64,000 nucleotides of DNA from Polyangiaceae bacterium. Lineage in GTDB: Bacteria; Myxococcota_A; Polyangia; Polyangiales; Polyangiaceae. This document shows positions 10,184 through 19,596 of this stretch, piece by piece (the first letter of the stretch is position 1; each line of letters starts with the position of its first letter). Both the position numbers and the translations under genes were made by a program. The DNA is taken from assembly GCA_050287085.1 (NCBI GenBank), contig JBNKBE010000026.1:18394-82393 (forward strand), given 5' to 3'. Below the pieces are notes generated by a model. That model did no database searches and was not told where the DNA came from. It was given only the letters and a program-made list of their open reading frames with translations.

Positions 10184-10227
10184 TTATTGTAAATACGACA
10201 CGAACCTTAGTGTTTATCAAACAATAA
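10184..10227. promoter_or_regulatory. Two tandem NrtR-type operators (TT-N3-GT-N7-AC-N3-AA)
   Basis: TTATTGTAAATACGACACGAA (10184-10204) and TTAGTGTTTATCAAACAATAA (10207-10227) lie between the divergent nadV and nrtR. Confidence 0.8.
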
Positions 10228-10416
10228 GTTCGGATTTTAACTCAGCGTTATTGATTTCAACTAGTTACGAGCTAATACGGGTCCCGCTTCGGCGTCATTG
10301 AACCAGAACTTGCGCCAGTCGGCGCGCCTTCCGCTACGGTGGCAATTGGACCCGGAGGTCCGGCTTCCGACCTGCGGGTCTGTCTGGCAACACTTCTCCT
10401 GCTTCCTCCCGCTGCC

Positions 10417-11100
10417 TTGGCCCACACCTACAAACACCCCCGGCCCGCCCTGGCGGTCGACTGCGTCGTCTTCGCCGTATTCGATGATGTGTTGGAGGTG
10501 CTCCTGATTCAGCGAAAGGAGCCGCCCTTCAAAGACGGTTGGGCGCTCCCTGGTGGCTTCGTTCGCATGAACGAAACGGCCGAAGACGCAGCGCGACGGG
10601 AGCTGTGGGAGGAAACACACTTGCGGGAGCCCTACTTAGAGCAACTCTACACCTTCACGGCGCCGGACCGCGACCCGCGTGAACGGGTGGTGTCTGTTGC
10701 GTACACCGCTCTGGTAAAGCCCGCAGCCGTACAGGGCGGCACGGACGCTGTGGTGGCCAAGTGGTCGCCCATTGCGGCGGTAGGGTCGCTGGCGTTCGAC
10801 CACCAGGACATTCTCAACATGGCGCTCCAGCGGCTGCGTTCCAAGGTCCGGTATCAGCCCTTGGGCTTCGAGCTGCTGCCTACCAAGTTCACCCTGGGCC
10901 AGTTGCAGCGCCTCTACGAAGCCATCCTAGGCAAGCCTCTGGACGCGCGCAACTTCCGACGCACAATCCTCAAGATGGGCATCCTATTGGAGTTGGATGA
11001 ACAGGAGACAGGTGTCGCCCACCGTCCGTCGCGCCTGTATCAGTTTGACAAACAAGCCTACGACCGCTTGTTGAAGGCCGGCTTCAACTTCGAGGTGTGA
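10417..11100 (+). CDS. nrtR: NrtR transcriptional regulator (NUDIX + wHTH); start uncertain (TTG 10417 or GTG 10339)
   Basis: [36 protein letters not shown] and LAFDH, then [25 protein letters not shown]...HRPSRLY. Confidence 0.92.
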   Translation: MAHTYKHPRPALAVDCVVFAVFDDVLEVLLIQRKEPPFKDGWALPGGFVRMNETAEDAARRELWEETHLREPYLEQLYTFTAPDRDPRERVVSVAYTALVKPAAVQGGTDAVVAKWSPIAAVGSLAFDHQDILNMALQRLRSKVRYQPLGFELLPTKFTLGQLQRLYEAILGKPLDARNFRRTILKMGILLELDEQETGVAHRPSRLYQFDKQAYDRLLKAGFNFEV

Positions 11101-11179
11101 GGGGCGGAACCAGAAATCGATTCGTCGGTTGCCATTGGCGCGGCTCCAAAGAGCGCAGCCTCGCGCGGACCTTGCAAGT

Positions 11180-11211
11180 TTAGGACAAGTGTCCTAGGAC
11201 GTCTGTCCTAA
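11180..11211. promoter_or_regulatory. Two overlapping TetR operators TAGGAC-N4-GTCCTA
   Basis: TTAGGACAAGTGTCCTAGGACGTCTGTCCTAA immediately upstream of the tetR start. Confidence 0.75.
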
Positions 11212-11217
11212 GCTCTG

Positions 11218-11814
11218 TTGTTGCCTATGATGTCGACTCGCGACCGCATTATCGAATCCGCCGATCAGCTGTTCTACGAACAGGGCTTCGGCGCGACCTC
11301 GTTCGGTGACATTGCGGCCGAGGTCCGACTCTCGCGCGGCAACTTCTATCATCACTTCAAGACGAAAGACGAAATCCTCGACGCGGTCATCGAGCGCCGG
11401 CTAGCGGCTACGAGCGTGATGTTGGAGAAGTGGGAGGCGGGGTCGCCGGAGCCGCTGCAGCGCATCGAAAGCTTCGTTCGCATTCTGCTCGTGAACCAGA
11501 CCAAGATCATGCGCTTCGGCTGTCCTGTCGGCTCGCTGTGCTCCGAGCTTGCGCGGCACGGTCACCCCTTGCAGCCCGACGCCAACCGCTTGTTCGTGCT
11601 GTTTCGTACCTGGCTCGGACGGCAGTTCGAGCTGCTCGGCGTGCGTACCGACTCGGACGAGCTGGCGATGCACGTGCTGGCGCGAAGCCAAGGCATCGCC
11701 GCCCTTGCCCAATCGTTCGGAGACCGCGCTTTCGTCGACCGCGAGGTTCGAGCGTTGAACACATGGGTCAAGTCCCAGGTCCGTGGCGGTCGGCGTCGCC
11801 GTTCTTCCGCTTGA
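11218..11814 (+). CDS. TetR/AcrR family regulator (ATG at 11228-11233 region also possible)
   Basis: TRDRIIESADQLFYEQGFGATSFGDIA...RGNFYHHFKTKDEIL HTH; GCPVGSL motif. Confidence 0.93.
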   Translation: MLPMMSTRDRIIESADQLFYEQGFGATSFGDIAAEVRLSRGNFYHHFKTKDEILDAVIERRLAATSVMLEKWEAGSPEPLQRIESFVRILLVNQTKIMRFGCPVGSLCSELARHGHPLQPDANRLFVLFRTWLGRQFELLGVRTDSDELAMHVLARSQGIAALAQSFGDRAFVDREVRALNTWVKSQVRGGRRRRSSA

Positions 11815-11849
11815 TACGAGCCTTTAACCAAGAGAGATAGGAACCTACC

Positions 11850-12143
11850 ATGTTCGTCGTATTGTTGCGTTTCGCCTCGAACCGTAGTCTTGCCGGGGAG
11901 TATATGAGCGAGCACAACGCTTGGCTTTCCCGCGGCTTCGACGACGGCGTTTTTCTGGTGTCCGGTAACTTGCAGCCAGCAGCTGGTGGCGCCATTCTGA
12001 CCTCGAACCTCACCCGCGAACAGCTCGAAGCACGCTTGGCCGAAGACCCCTTCGTTGAGCACGGCATCGTCGATGCCGATGTGCTGCAGATCGATGCCAA
12101 GCGCGTCGACGCGCGCCTGAGTTTTCTGAAGGAGCCTTCGTGA
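11850..12143 (+). CDS. YciI family protein
   Basis: EHNAWL...GVFLVSG...GGAIL...EDPFV pattern. Confidence 0.85.
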   Translation: MFVVLLRFASNRSLAGEYMSEHNAWLSRGFDDGVFLVSGNLQPAAGGAILTSNLTREQLEARLAEDPFVEHGIVDADVLQIDAKRVDARLSFLKEPS

Positions 12144-12473
12144 CGGCCCGCGAAGTCTACGTCGGTCCGGACAGTAAGCCCAGGTGCCGGTGGTGCGGAG
12201 CCGCTCCGGAGTTCTTGGCCTACCACGACTCGGAATGGGGGTTTCCGGTGGCCAGCGACCAAACGTTGTTCGAGAAGCTTTGCCTCGAGGGTTCTCAAGT
12301 TCGTCGGCCCAACCACGGTGTACGCCTTCATGCAAGCGATGGGGCTGGTCAACGATTACGGACCCGAGTGCATCGTGCGGGCAAAGGTCCAGAACGCGCG
12401 ACGTCGCTTCACCCCGCCGCGCCATCACCCCGCGTCGAGCGGGCCCGAGGGGCTCAGTTGCGGGGCGCCATAG
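12140..12473 (+). pseudogene. tag: DNA-3-methyladenine glycosylase I with internal deletion and frameshift
   Basis: RCRWC...YHDSEWGFPV...LFEKLCLEG jumps at ~12295 into another frame reading KFVGPTTVYAFMQAMGLVND. The central part of Tag is missing. Confidence 0.88.
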
Positions 12474-13728
12474 CGCTTGGCTCCGGCGTGAACGTCGCGC
12501 AAATATACTGCTCCAGCTCCCTGGCCTGGGTTGCCGATAGTTCGACCTTCCCCGGATGCGCGGCACGGCCTGGCGCTCCCATCAACCAGTGCGCCACTCC
12601 AACGTCGTACGCCGCGTGGGACAGACGACGCTCGCAAGCGAAGGCTAGAGCCGGAACGCGGTAGCCACCGCTGCCGCGTTCCGGCGACAGCGCCGCTAGT
12701 GCGTCGACCTCGAGCTGCTCAAGGGAGGCCCAATCCCCCTCCCCGTATTCCCCCCGATGACATCCGCGACACTTCGCGTTGAAGGATTCCGCACCGCGAC
12801 GCGTCGCGGCATCTGAAGGCTCCGGCCTCAAGAGGGACGAGCTGCTGAGATGCCAGATGAAGTAGGCGAGGGCAAAAGCCACGGTTCGAGGGGGACGGAC
12901 CGTCTGATGGGCGCTGGTGATGAGCAGCGTCTCGATGCGAACGGCCAGTTCGCCCAGACCGTTCTTTAGATTGCCGGTGTGGTGCAAGCGGGTTTGCAAG
13001 CGTGTCGCGCGGAGGTCCGCTATGGCCACAGGGTTATCCACCCCGTCTGGAGTTGTGTCGACGCGCCCCGGCCCCCAAATGGGACCGCGACCGAGCGCTG
13101 TGAGGTCCAGGTCCGAAGGAGCCCCCAGCCGGTATATGCCCGCATCGACCCGCGCGTGGCAGGTGGCGCAAGTGAGCGCGACGCCCTCTGTACCATCCGC
13201 ATAACGCGCGACGACCAGCCCACCGAGCCAGCCCGTCGGATCCGACCAAAGACCGTACCTTTGAGCCAAGTCGACATCGAGCGCGCGGCCTGGCGCAAAC
13301 ACATGACCCAACTCGAAGTGACGTTGCGCCGGGTAGCGTTCGAAAGCCCACCGCCCCAGAGCCATGAGCGCAGCATGAGACCAAGCTTCGAGTTCGGGTG
13401 CCGATTGAAAGACACCTGGCTGCAAGGTGCCGCCAACATCCGAAAGTGCAGCCACTTCGGGGTCAAACTCCGGAAGCTGGTCCCAGCCTGCTTCAGTCGC
13501 ATAATTGTCCAGACGCAAACGTGCGTAGGTGTTGTCGGCAACCAGCAAACTGGACTCGAGCAGCCCCCGTCGGAAGGCGCCGCTTTCAGGGGTGCTGAAC
13601 GCACGCCCTAGGGCCAGGGCGGACTCTTCATCTGTTGTCCTCTCAGCATCGTCTACGAGGAGCCCGTCCGGCGCGTTGCAGGCAATCGTCAGTCCAACTG
13701 CAAGCCGGGAGCCGATGTTGCGCCACAC
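12454..13728 (-). CDS. Di-heme c-type cytochrome lipoprotein
   Basis: Lipobox LTIAC; two CxxCH motifs (CATCH, CRGCH); WGPGRVD and GGYRVPAL segments. Confidence 0.75.
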   Translation of the reverse strand: MWRNIGSRLAVGLTIACNAPDGLLVDDAERTTDEESALALGRAFSTPESGAFRRGLLESSLLVADNTYARLRLDNYATEAGWDQLPEFDPEVAALSDVGGTLQPGVFQSAPELEAWSHAALMALGRWAFERYPAQRHFELGHVFAPGRALDVDLAQRYGLWSDPTGWLGGLVVARYADGTEGVALTCATCHARVDAGIYRLGAPSDLDLTALGRGPIWGPGRVDTTPDGVDNPVAIADLRATRLQTRLHHTGNLKNGLGELAVRIETLLITSAHQTVRPPRTVAFALAYFIWHLSSSSLLRPEPSDAATRRGAESFNAKCRGCHRGEYGEGDWASLEQLEVDALAALSPERGSGGYRVPALAFACERRLSHAAYDVGVAHWLMGAPGRAAHPGKVELSATQARELEQYICATFTPEPSAMAPRN

Positions 13729-13762
13729 GATAACCCGCTCCCAGAAACGAACCGACAGGGCC

Positions 13763-14512
13763 TCAACCCACGCACTGAGAGTAACTACACCGCCAATGTC
13801 CGACTTCAGAGGTGAACATGCAATAGCCCGAGCCCATTTGGGGATCCCGGCACTCGTCGTCGTTGGTGCACTCGTCTTCAGGCGTGTGACACCAGTAGCC
13901 CACTATGCCGGAGTAGCTTCCACAGCTTCCCATGGAGGGGCTACAATAGCCGCCGGCGCCACAGTCGGTGTCGATGCGACAGTTGCCGTCCAAGCACACG
14001 TTGGAGTCTGACCAGAAGCCGCTTTCGCAGCCACAAGGTCCTCCGCGAGTGCACTCCGAATCGGCGGTACACTCGTCGTAGGTACAGACGAGCCCTCTAT
14101 GGTCCTCGCAGCGCCCTCGTATGCCCTCCGTGCAGTCGGTGTCCGATCTGCAAACTGCGTTCGCGTAGGAGATGCCTCCCGCGTTCGTCGGGATGCCAGC
14201 GTTGTAGTCGGGGCGGACCTCGTCGCAGGGGACCGCCTCGGGCCGATGCTCATGGGGTTCGGGCAGGTCGTCGTCGGTCTGCGTGTCGTCGTCGGTCTGC
14301 GTGTCGTCGTCGGTCTGCGCGTCGTCGTCGGTCTGCGTATCGTCGTCAGGAACACCGTTCGGCTCGGAGTCGCTGACGCGCGAGCCGCAGCCGATGAGTA
14401 CAGTGAGTAGCAGGCACGCCGACAGGTGTTGCATCCCTTGAATATGGCGCAAATGCATATGTCCGTCATGCACAATTCGAGCCGCGCCATCGGTGAAATT
14501 TCGTCGCACCAC
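13763..14512 (-). CDS. Cys-rich lipoprotein with acidic repeat linker (start probably later)
   Basis: Lipobox VLIGC; (TDDDTQ)n; repeated CxxDxxC modules typical of myxobacteria. Confidence 0.75.
   Translation of the reverse strand: MVRRNFTDGAARIVHDGHMHLRHIQGMQHLSACLLLTVLIGCGSRVSDSEPNGVPDDDTQTDDDAQTDDDTQTDDDTQTDDDLPEPHEHRPEAVPCDEVRPDYNAGIPTNAGGISYANAVCRSDTDCTEGIRGRCEDHRGLVCTYDECTADSECTRGGPCGCESGFWSDSNVCLDGNCRIDTDCGAGGYCSPSMGSCGSYSGIVGYWCHTPEDECTNDDECRDPQMGSGYCMFTSEVGHWRCSYSQCVG
14267..14347. repeat. 18-bp coding tandem repeat (~4.5 copies)
   Basis: GTCGTCGTCGGTCTGCGT units encoding TDDDTQ on the minus strand. Confidence 0.9.
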
Positions 14513-14986
14513 CGCGACCGACTCTTAGACTCGTCGAGCGCTTCTCGCGAATCGCAGCTGTCACCTGGGACTCATGGCGGCAAATTGTGAACGTTCCCGA
14601 CCGGTAGCCGCAAAGCTGCTTGCGTCCGAGCCGCAGCGATACAAGCGCCCCAGTTTTCCGTTGATCCGGAACGAACTTGAACGTGGAGTGCTCGAAGGTC
14701 ATCGAGAGTAGTAGATGCTTCGTCTTCGTCTTCGTCTTCGTCTTCGATTTGCCAGAGCACGTGTCGCTGCGGGATGCTGTCAGCAAGTCAGCCAAACGTC
14801 GCACGCGCCAGCGTCGACAGGATCACCGTGCTGTCGTGGTTGCGCTTCGATGCGTGCCGTGGGGTGGTCGAGGGGTACGCAGTCGATGCAAACCACGGTC
14901 TCCCCCGTTGCTTCTCCATGGACAGCATCAGGGCGCGGAACCACGCAAACGTCCGCACCTTTGGCTGAGCGGCCTTCGAGGGGCGC

Positions 14987-15487
14987 TCAGTGCGGCTGTC
15001 GCGCCATGAGCGGCATCAACCGGAATTCCCCCGTTGCGACGATGATACCAGCCCCGCCCACTTCCACGTTCCGTGTGAATCCGTCGGAAGCGGGGCTGAA
15101 GCGCACCTGCAATCGCGATGCGCGGTTCATTGCATCGCCCTGCTGGATTAGGAGTGTCCGCTTGGGATCGAAGCCAGCGTGTTCGACTAGGTGACACAAG
15201 AGCGGCGCGGCGGCAGAGCCGGTGCCGGGGTCTTCAGGAACACCATGCGCGGGCGCGAAGACGCGGAGATGAGCGCCGGAGCCTTCTGCGTGGAACACAT
15301 CGATGGTGTCCGCCGGCTGCTGAGCGAGAGCCGCCAAGTCTGGGGTCAGACGCTCCAGTGTTGCTCGGTCCGCTAGCTGCACCACGACATGACGCATTCC
15401 GTTGTCGTATTGCACAACGGGACTCGCGGTTTTTTCCACCCCGAGAGCGTCGAGCAAAGGCCGGCAGTCGGCGAAGGCGCCGGGCAA
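14987..15487 (-). pseudogene. PhzF family protein, C-terminal half only
   Basis: DNGMRHVVV, RVFAPAHGVPEDPGTGSAAAPL, QGDAMNRAS, VEVGG. No N-terminal PhzF half is visible upstream. Confidence 0.75.
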
Positions 15488-15710
15488 AGGCGCGCTTCGC
15501 GCAAACCAACCGTGCGGTTCGGCTTTGCCAGAAGCCCGGTGTGTGGTTCGGGTTTACACTCGGCGACCCGAGACCTGACATGAAGCGCCGGTTTCGCGAC
15601 GGGTTCGCGCGGGCGCGCCGCTACCAGGCTGGGTGATGAACAGGCTCAGGGACGCCGTGCGCGACCTTCACTCCACTCGGGGGCCGCGTGATGGGCCCCG
15701 CACGGAAGGT

Positions 15711-15787
15711 GTGTAGCTCACGCGCCCGGTGTAGCCCACGCGCCCGGTGTAGCTCACGCGCCCGGTGTAGCCCACGCGCCCGGTGTT
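15711..15787. repeat. 18-bp tandem repeat x4 upstream of the mot operon
   Basis: GTGTAGC(T/C)CACGCGCCCG at 15711, 15729, 15747 and 15765, with T/C alternating. Confidence 0.9.
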
Positions 15788-15953
15788 GCACCATGACGCG
15801 CGGGCCGCGTGTCCAGGCGAACAAGTGGTGGCGCTCGCCGCGCGGGGTTGCTAGCGTGGCGCGATGTCGTCCAGCAGCTCCGCGCGTGCGGCGAGGTGCC
15901 CACGCGAGCGTCCGAGAAGGGCCGGCAGGGCGACGAGCCCCTGGTCTACCCGC

Positions 15954-16607
15954 ATGGGCGGACGCCCTCGAGCGCTGCTCGTAGGAGTTCTATTCGGCCT
16001 GGGCCAAACGGGCTGTTCCACCGTGTACCGACCGCTGGCCGGTTTGAATCGCCCAGTGGTGGTGGACATCGAGACAGAGAACTTCAAGGGGGTTACGCTC
16101 CGGCTCCAATGCCTACCGGGCGACGTCGTCGATGAGGCGGAGGCCCGCACCCTGTGTACGAAGCTTCAGCACCTGTTCGAGAACCAGGGCGCCAAAGTGA
16201 CCGTGAGCACTTCCCTGTCGGAGGCGGAGCCTGATGAGCTCGGGGATGATGATGAGCTCGGGGATGAAGAGACCGCAGGGTCGCCAGCGCCTAACAAGAA
16301 AGCGGGCAACAGGCCGCAGCTGACCCTGCGTCTCGCCTCGCACCTGATTCACGAAGACGTCAGCAGCTACCTCTTCTTTGACGTCCGGACGGGCTACTCC
16401 TTCGCCCAAGAGGTCACGCTGACCGACGAGACAGGGTTTCTCCTTGTGCGGGAGCGCCTGACTGCCCAGTTCGAGGACCGGTTCATGGGCAGCCGGAACG
16501 GCGAGGAATTTTCGCAAGACTTCTACCGACAACTGAGCCAGCTGGCGGTGAATGCGCACGTGCGCCGTCAGGTGCTCGTAGAGTCGGCCATCAACCGCAG
16601 CAAGTGA
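15954..16607 (+). CDS. Lipoprotein, first gene of the mot operon
   Basis: MGGRPRALLVGVLFGLGQTGC signal/lipobox; alpha/beta body with an acidic loop. Confidence 0.7.
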   Translation: MGGRPRALLVGVLFGLGQTGCSTVYRPLAGLNRPVVVDIETENFKGVTLRLQCLPGDVVDEAEARTLCTKLQHLFENQGAKVTVSTSLSEAEPDELGDDDELGDEETAGSPAPNKKAGNRPQLTLRLASHLIHEDVSSYLFFDVRTGYSFAQEVTLTDETGFLLVRERLTAQFEDRFMGSRNGEEFSQDFYRQLSQLAVNAHVRRQVLVESAINRSK

Positions 16608-16613
16608 GAGACC

Positions 16614-17288
16614 GTGGCATTCTGGCTATTCGTCATCCTGTTCATGACTCCCGACCTGATGGAGGGCACGGAAAGCCCCCTAGAGGAAACCGTAGGGGAG
16701 GAGCGTCGCGCTCTGGATTGCGAGCCCTTGAGCATGGACGGAGCTCGCCACTATGCGCCCGGTGAGCTCGGGGAAAGCAGCCCACGCGGTGATTTCTTCG
16801 ATCGCCGGGCCGTCGTCTGCCGGGAACGCATCATGAGCTCCTCCGTGCGGCGCTCCGACGACGACGCGGGCCAAGGCCTCCGGGGCCCGCAGGACGACGC
16901 AGTGATGTTGGGTTTGCGTCATACGGCGCGGGAGCTGGCGAGCCTCGTGGGACAGCTGACGCCGTTCGAGCAGCAGCGCACATGGCTGGTCGAAGCGCAC
17001 TATCCGGGCACGGCCGTGAGCCAGAAGATCACTTTTGCCGTCAAGAACGAACTGCTCGACCGTGGTTTTCGCGTGACCGATCGGGCGCCGACCCTCGCCG
17101 TGGGTGACATCGAGGTGCTGGGTCAGCTCGACCCAGCGCGTGCATATCCGCTCGCGTGCGAGCGCTACGTTGCGACCGGGTCATTGCGGCCGGGGGATGT
17201 GCTCCTGGCCGTAGTCCTCAGAGATCCGCGGGAGACGGCCCTACACGCCGGACTCTGCGTCGATGGCAAGTGGCGTTGGCTTCGATGA
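16614..17288 (+). CDS. Hypothetical exported protein
   Basis: Hydrophobic N-terminus; 4 Cys; 6 nt after the previous stop; ATGA overlap with the next gene. Confidence 0.65.
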   Translation: MAFWLFVILFMTPDLMEGTESPLEETVGEERRALDCEPLSMDGARHYAPGELGESSPRGDFFDRRAVVCRERIMSSSVRRSDDDAGQGLRGPQDDAVMLGLRHTARELASLVGQLTPFEQQRTWLVEAHYPGTAVSQKITFAVKNELLDRGFRVTDRAPTLAVGDIEVLGQLDPARAYPLACERYVATGSLRPGDVLLAVVLRDPRETALHAGLCVDGKWRWLR

Positions 17289-18526
17289 GCGCACCCCAGT
17301 TTCCACCCGCCCTGCGCGACTTGCAGCGCCTCGGACTCGTCGCTTGGCGCTGGGTGCAACGGGTTGCGCTTGCGCTCGCGGTCCTGCTCCACAATGGGCC
17401 GGCCGCGGCGGAGCCCGCCACCGAGGCGCAAGAGTGGGAGCTCGCCAAGCTGCGCGCCCAGATTGCTGATCAGGTACAGCTCTCCGCCTACGACTTGCTC
17501 GACGAGCTGGTCTATCAATGGTCGCAGGCGCCCCCTTTCACGACGCCGACGCCCGTTTTCATCGCGGACGTGTCGGTGCCGGTGGGGCTCGGCACGGGCC
17601 TGCAAGCGCTGCTCGAGAATCATCTCGCGAACCTGCTGCTCGCCAACCCCACGACCCACGTGACCCTTTCACACTGCCCGGCGTGCACGGCCGTGGTGGT
17701 GCACAGCGGCAAGAGCGGAACGGTCATCTCTCGCGGCTTGGACAACCCGGAAGCGCTGGCCAAAGTGGGCGGGGCGGGGGGGCGTCACGGGCTGTACATC
17801 GACATTTCTGCCGAAGGTGCGTGGCTGGTGCTCCGCGCGCGCATCACCCAGCTCACGCCCGACCTGCCCGTGGTGTGGAGCCGCACGCTGACAACCACGG
17901 CTGGCACGCCGCCGCTCCTTCGCAGCCCCGCTGAACTCAAGTCGGCCGAGGACGCGCGGGCAGAGTATCTGGACGCGTTGCAGGGTACGGGTCCGCTGAC
18001 GTTCTTGACCACGTTTGCCATGCGCAGCTACGAGGGCAACCCCTTCAGAGCTATTCCGCCGCCCATCTTGTGGCTGCAGACGGGCCTCGAGCTCGACCTC
18101 ACCCAGGCTCGGGCCTGGAAAGGTAGCTTCGTATTGGGCGGTGCGTGGTTGCCCGACGCGTATATCGGCATGATGGCGCAGGCTCGCGTGAGCCGCTTGA
18201 TCAGCGGCCAAGCTCGATCGCTGACTCACCCCAACCTCTACTTGTTTCTCGGTGGCGCTATCATGACGTTGGACGGTCCGGCGATGGCGGCGTTCAGGGT
18301 GGAGAACGCAGAGCAGTTGCTCCGCGATGCGCAAGGCAACACCAGCACCCGGGCGAGCTTTGGCGCCTTGCACCTGGGCCTCGAGGCACGCGTCGGCAAC
18401 CGCATTGGCGCCGCCGTGTTCTTGGAGAACATGCCGTACTACCAGAACTCGGGAGAACTCGGTGCCGTGTTGGATTTGGGCATCGAGCTGCACAGCCTGG
18501 GTTTCGAGGTGTCGCTGTGCTTCTAA
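17285..18526 (+). CDS. Exported protein: periplasmic alpha/beta domain with CxxC plus probable OM beta-barrel
   Basis: Signal ending AAAEP; HCPAC; alternating beta-strands ending GFEVSLCF (terminal Phe). Confidence 0.65.
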   Translation: MSAPQFPPALRDLQRLGLVAWRWVQRVALALAVLLHNGPAAAEPATEAQEWELAKLRAQIADQVQLSAYDLLDELVYQWSQAPPFTTPTPVFIADVSVPVGLGTGLQALLENHLANLLLANPTTHVTLSHCPACTAVVVHSGKSGTVISRGLDNPEALAKVGGAGGRHGLYIDISAEGAWLVLRARITQLTPDLPVVWSRTLTTTAGTPPLLRSPAELKSAEDARAEYLDALQGTGPLTFLTTFAMRSYEGNPFRAIPPPILWLQTGLELDLTQARAWKGSFVLGGAWLPDAYIGMMAQARVSRLISGQARSLTHPNLYLFLGGAIMTLDGPAMAAFRVENAEQLLRDAQGNTSTRASFGALHLGLEARVGNRIGAAVFLENMPYYQNSGELGAVLDLGIELHSLGFEVSLCF

Positions 18527-19596
18527 GCGTCGCTGTGCTTCTAGTGATTCGAGCCCGCGGTGCTTTGCTGCAGGCGCGTGCTTTGCTGCGGGCGCGTGCT
18601 TTGCTGCGGGCGCCTGTCTCTGGGGCGGGGCGCGTTGCGTTTCTGGTGCTTGGGTTGGTGCTCAGCTGGTCTCTACGCGTCGGCGCCGCCCCCGCCGCGA
18701 CGAGCGACGCGTTCGAGCGCCTGGAGGAGCTCTTGGAAGTGCGCCAAGAGGAGGGGTTGCTCGACGCGCGCGAAGTCGCACCGATCATCCTGGTCCGGGC
18801 CCAACCCCGCTACAGTGAGTCCCAGGGGTGGTTTCAGACGCGCGCAGCGGCCGTGCTCGTTCGTGTGTTCGGGGCGGGGAGCGTACGCTTCTGCGAAGCG
18901 TGTATGGCGCCGCGCACGGAAGTGCAGGGGGGGCGTCTCGAACAGCATACGGGACCCGTGAGCCTGGATGAAGTCGTAGCGCTGGATGACCGCTATCGCG
19001 GAGACTCTGAGCGCGCACGTACCGCGGTGTGGTTGGAAGAAACGGCCACGGGCATCTCGATCCGCATCACGGATCTGCGTTCTGCGCGGATCGTGTTCGC
19101 CCAAAACGTCGACCCGTTGCTCGAGGAATACGACGGCGCGGCGCGCAACTTCCGGCTGAGTGAGGAGCTGGAGCGCCGCACCCGCGGGGAGAGCCTGACT
19201 CACGCCATCTTCGACTTTGGCATCTTGCCCGCGCAGCACGTGGCCTTCGAGTGGGTCGAGCAGTGGGGGGAGAGCAACAACAACCTGACCGGGGTCGTGC
19301 TGTCAGCGTTCGACCCGGCGGCTGGGATAGGGGCTGCCTACCACCGGGTCCTGCAGTGGCAGAACATCACGGTTGGCGTAGAAGGTATCGTCAGCATCCC
19401 TACCGCGATCGCGCAATCTGCCAGCGACACGGACGTGACTTTATTAGATCCTCTGTTCACGGCCGTCGGCGTCGTGCGCTGGCCGCTCTTCTCGAAGCAC
19501 TCGAACTATGGTGCCGTCTTGTCCCTCTCGACCAATGGTCGCTTGGCGATCGGCCTGTCTTTTCTCAACACCAGCTTCATCCCCATCCTGCCATGA
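18517..19596 (+). CDS. Probable paralog of the upstream gene (CxxC domain plus beta-barrel); start approximate
   Basis: Signal-like hydrophobic stretch; RFCEAC; ISIRITDLRSARIVFAQN; amphipathic C-terminal strands; ATGA overlap with the next gene. Confidence 0.65.
   Translation: MLLSVAVLLVIRARGALLQARALLRARALLRAPVSGAGRVAFLVLGLVLSWSLRVGAAPAATSDAFERLEELLEVRQEEGLLDAREVAPIILVRAQPRYSESQGWFQTRAAAVLVRVFGAGSVRFCEACMAPRTEVQGGRLEQHTGPVSLDEVVALDDRYRGDSERARTAVWLEETATGISIRITDLRSARIVFAQNVDPLLEEYDGAARNFRLSEELERRTRGESLTHAIFDFGILPAQHVAFEWVEQWGESNNNLTGVVLSAFDPAAGIGAAYHRVLQWQNITVGVEGIVSIPTAIAQSASDTDVTLLDPLFTAVGVVRWPLFSKHSNYGAVLSLSTNGRLAIGLSFLNTSFIPILP

Noticed and set aside
14718..14746. (CTTCGT)n microsatellite as a phase-variation switch
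   Set aside because: It is a hexamer outside any supported gene or promoter.
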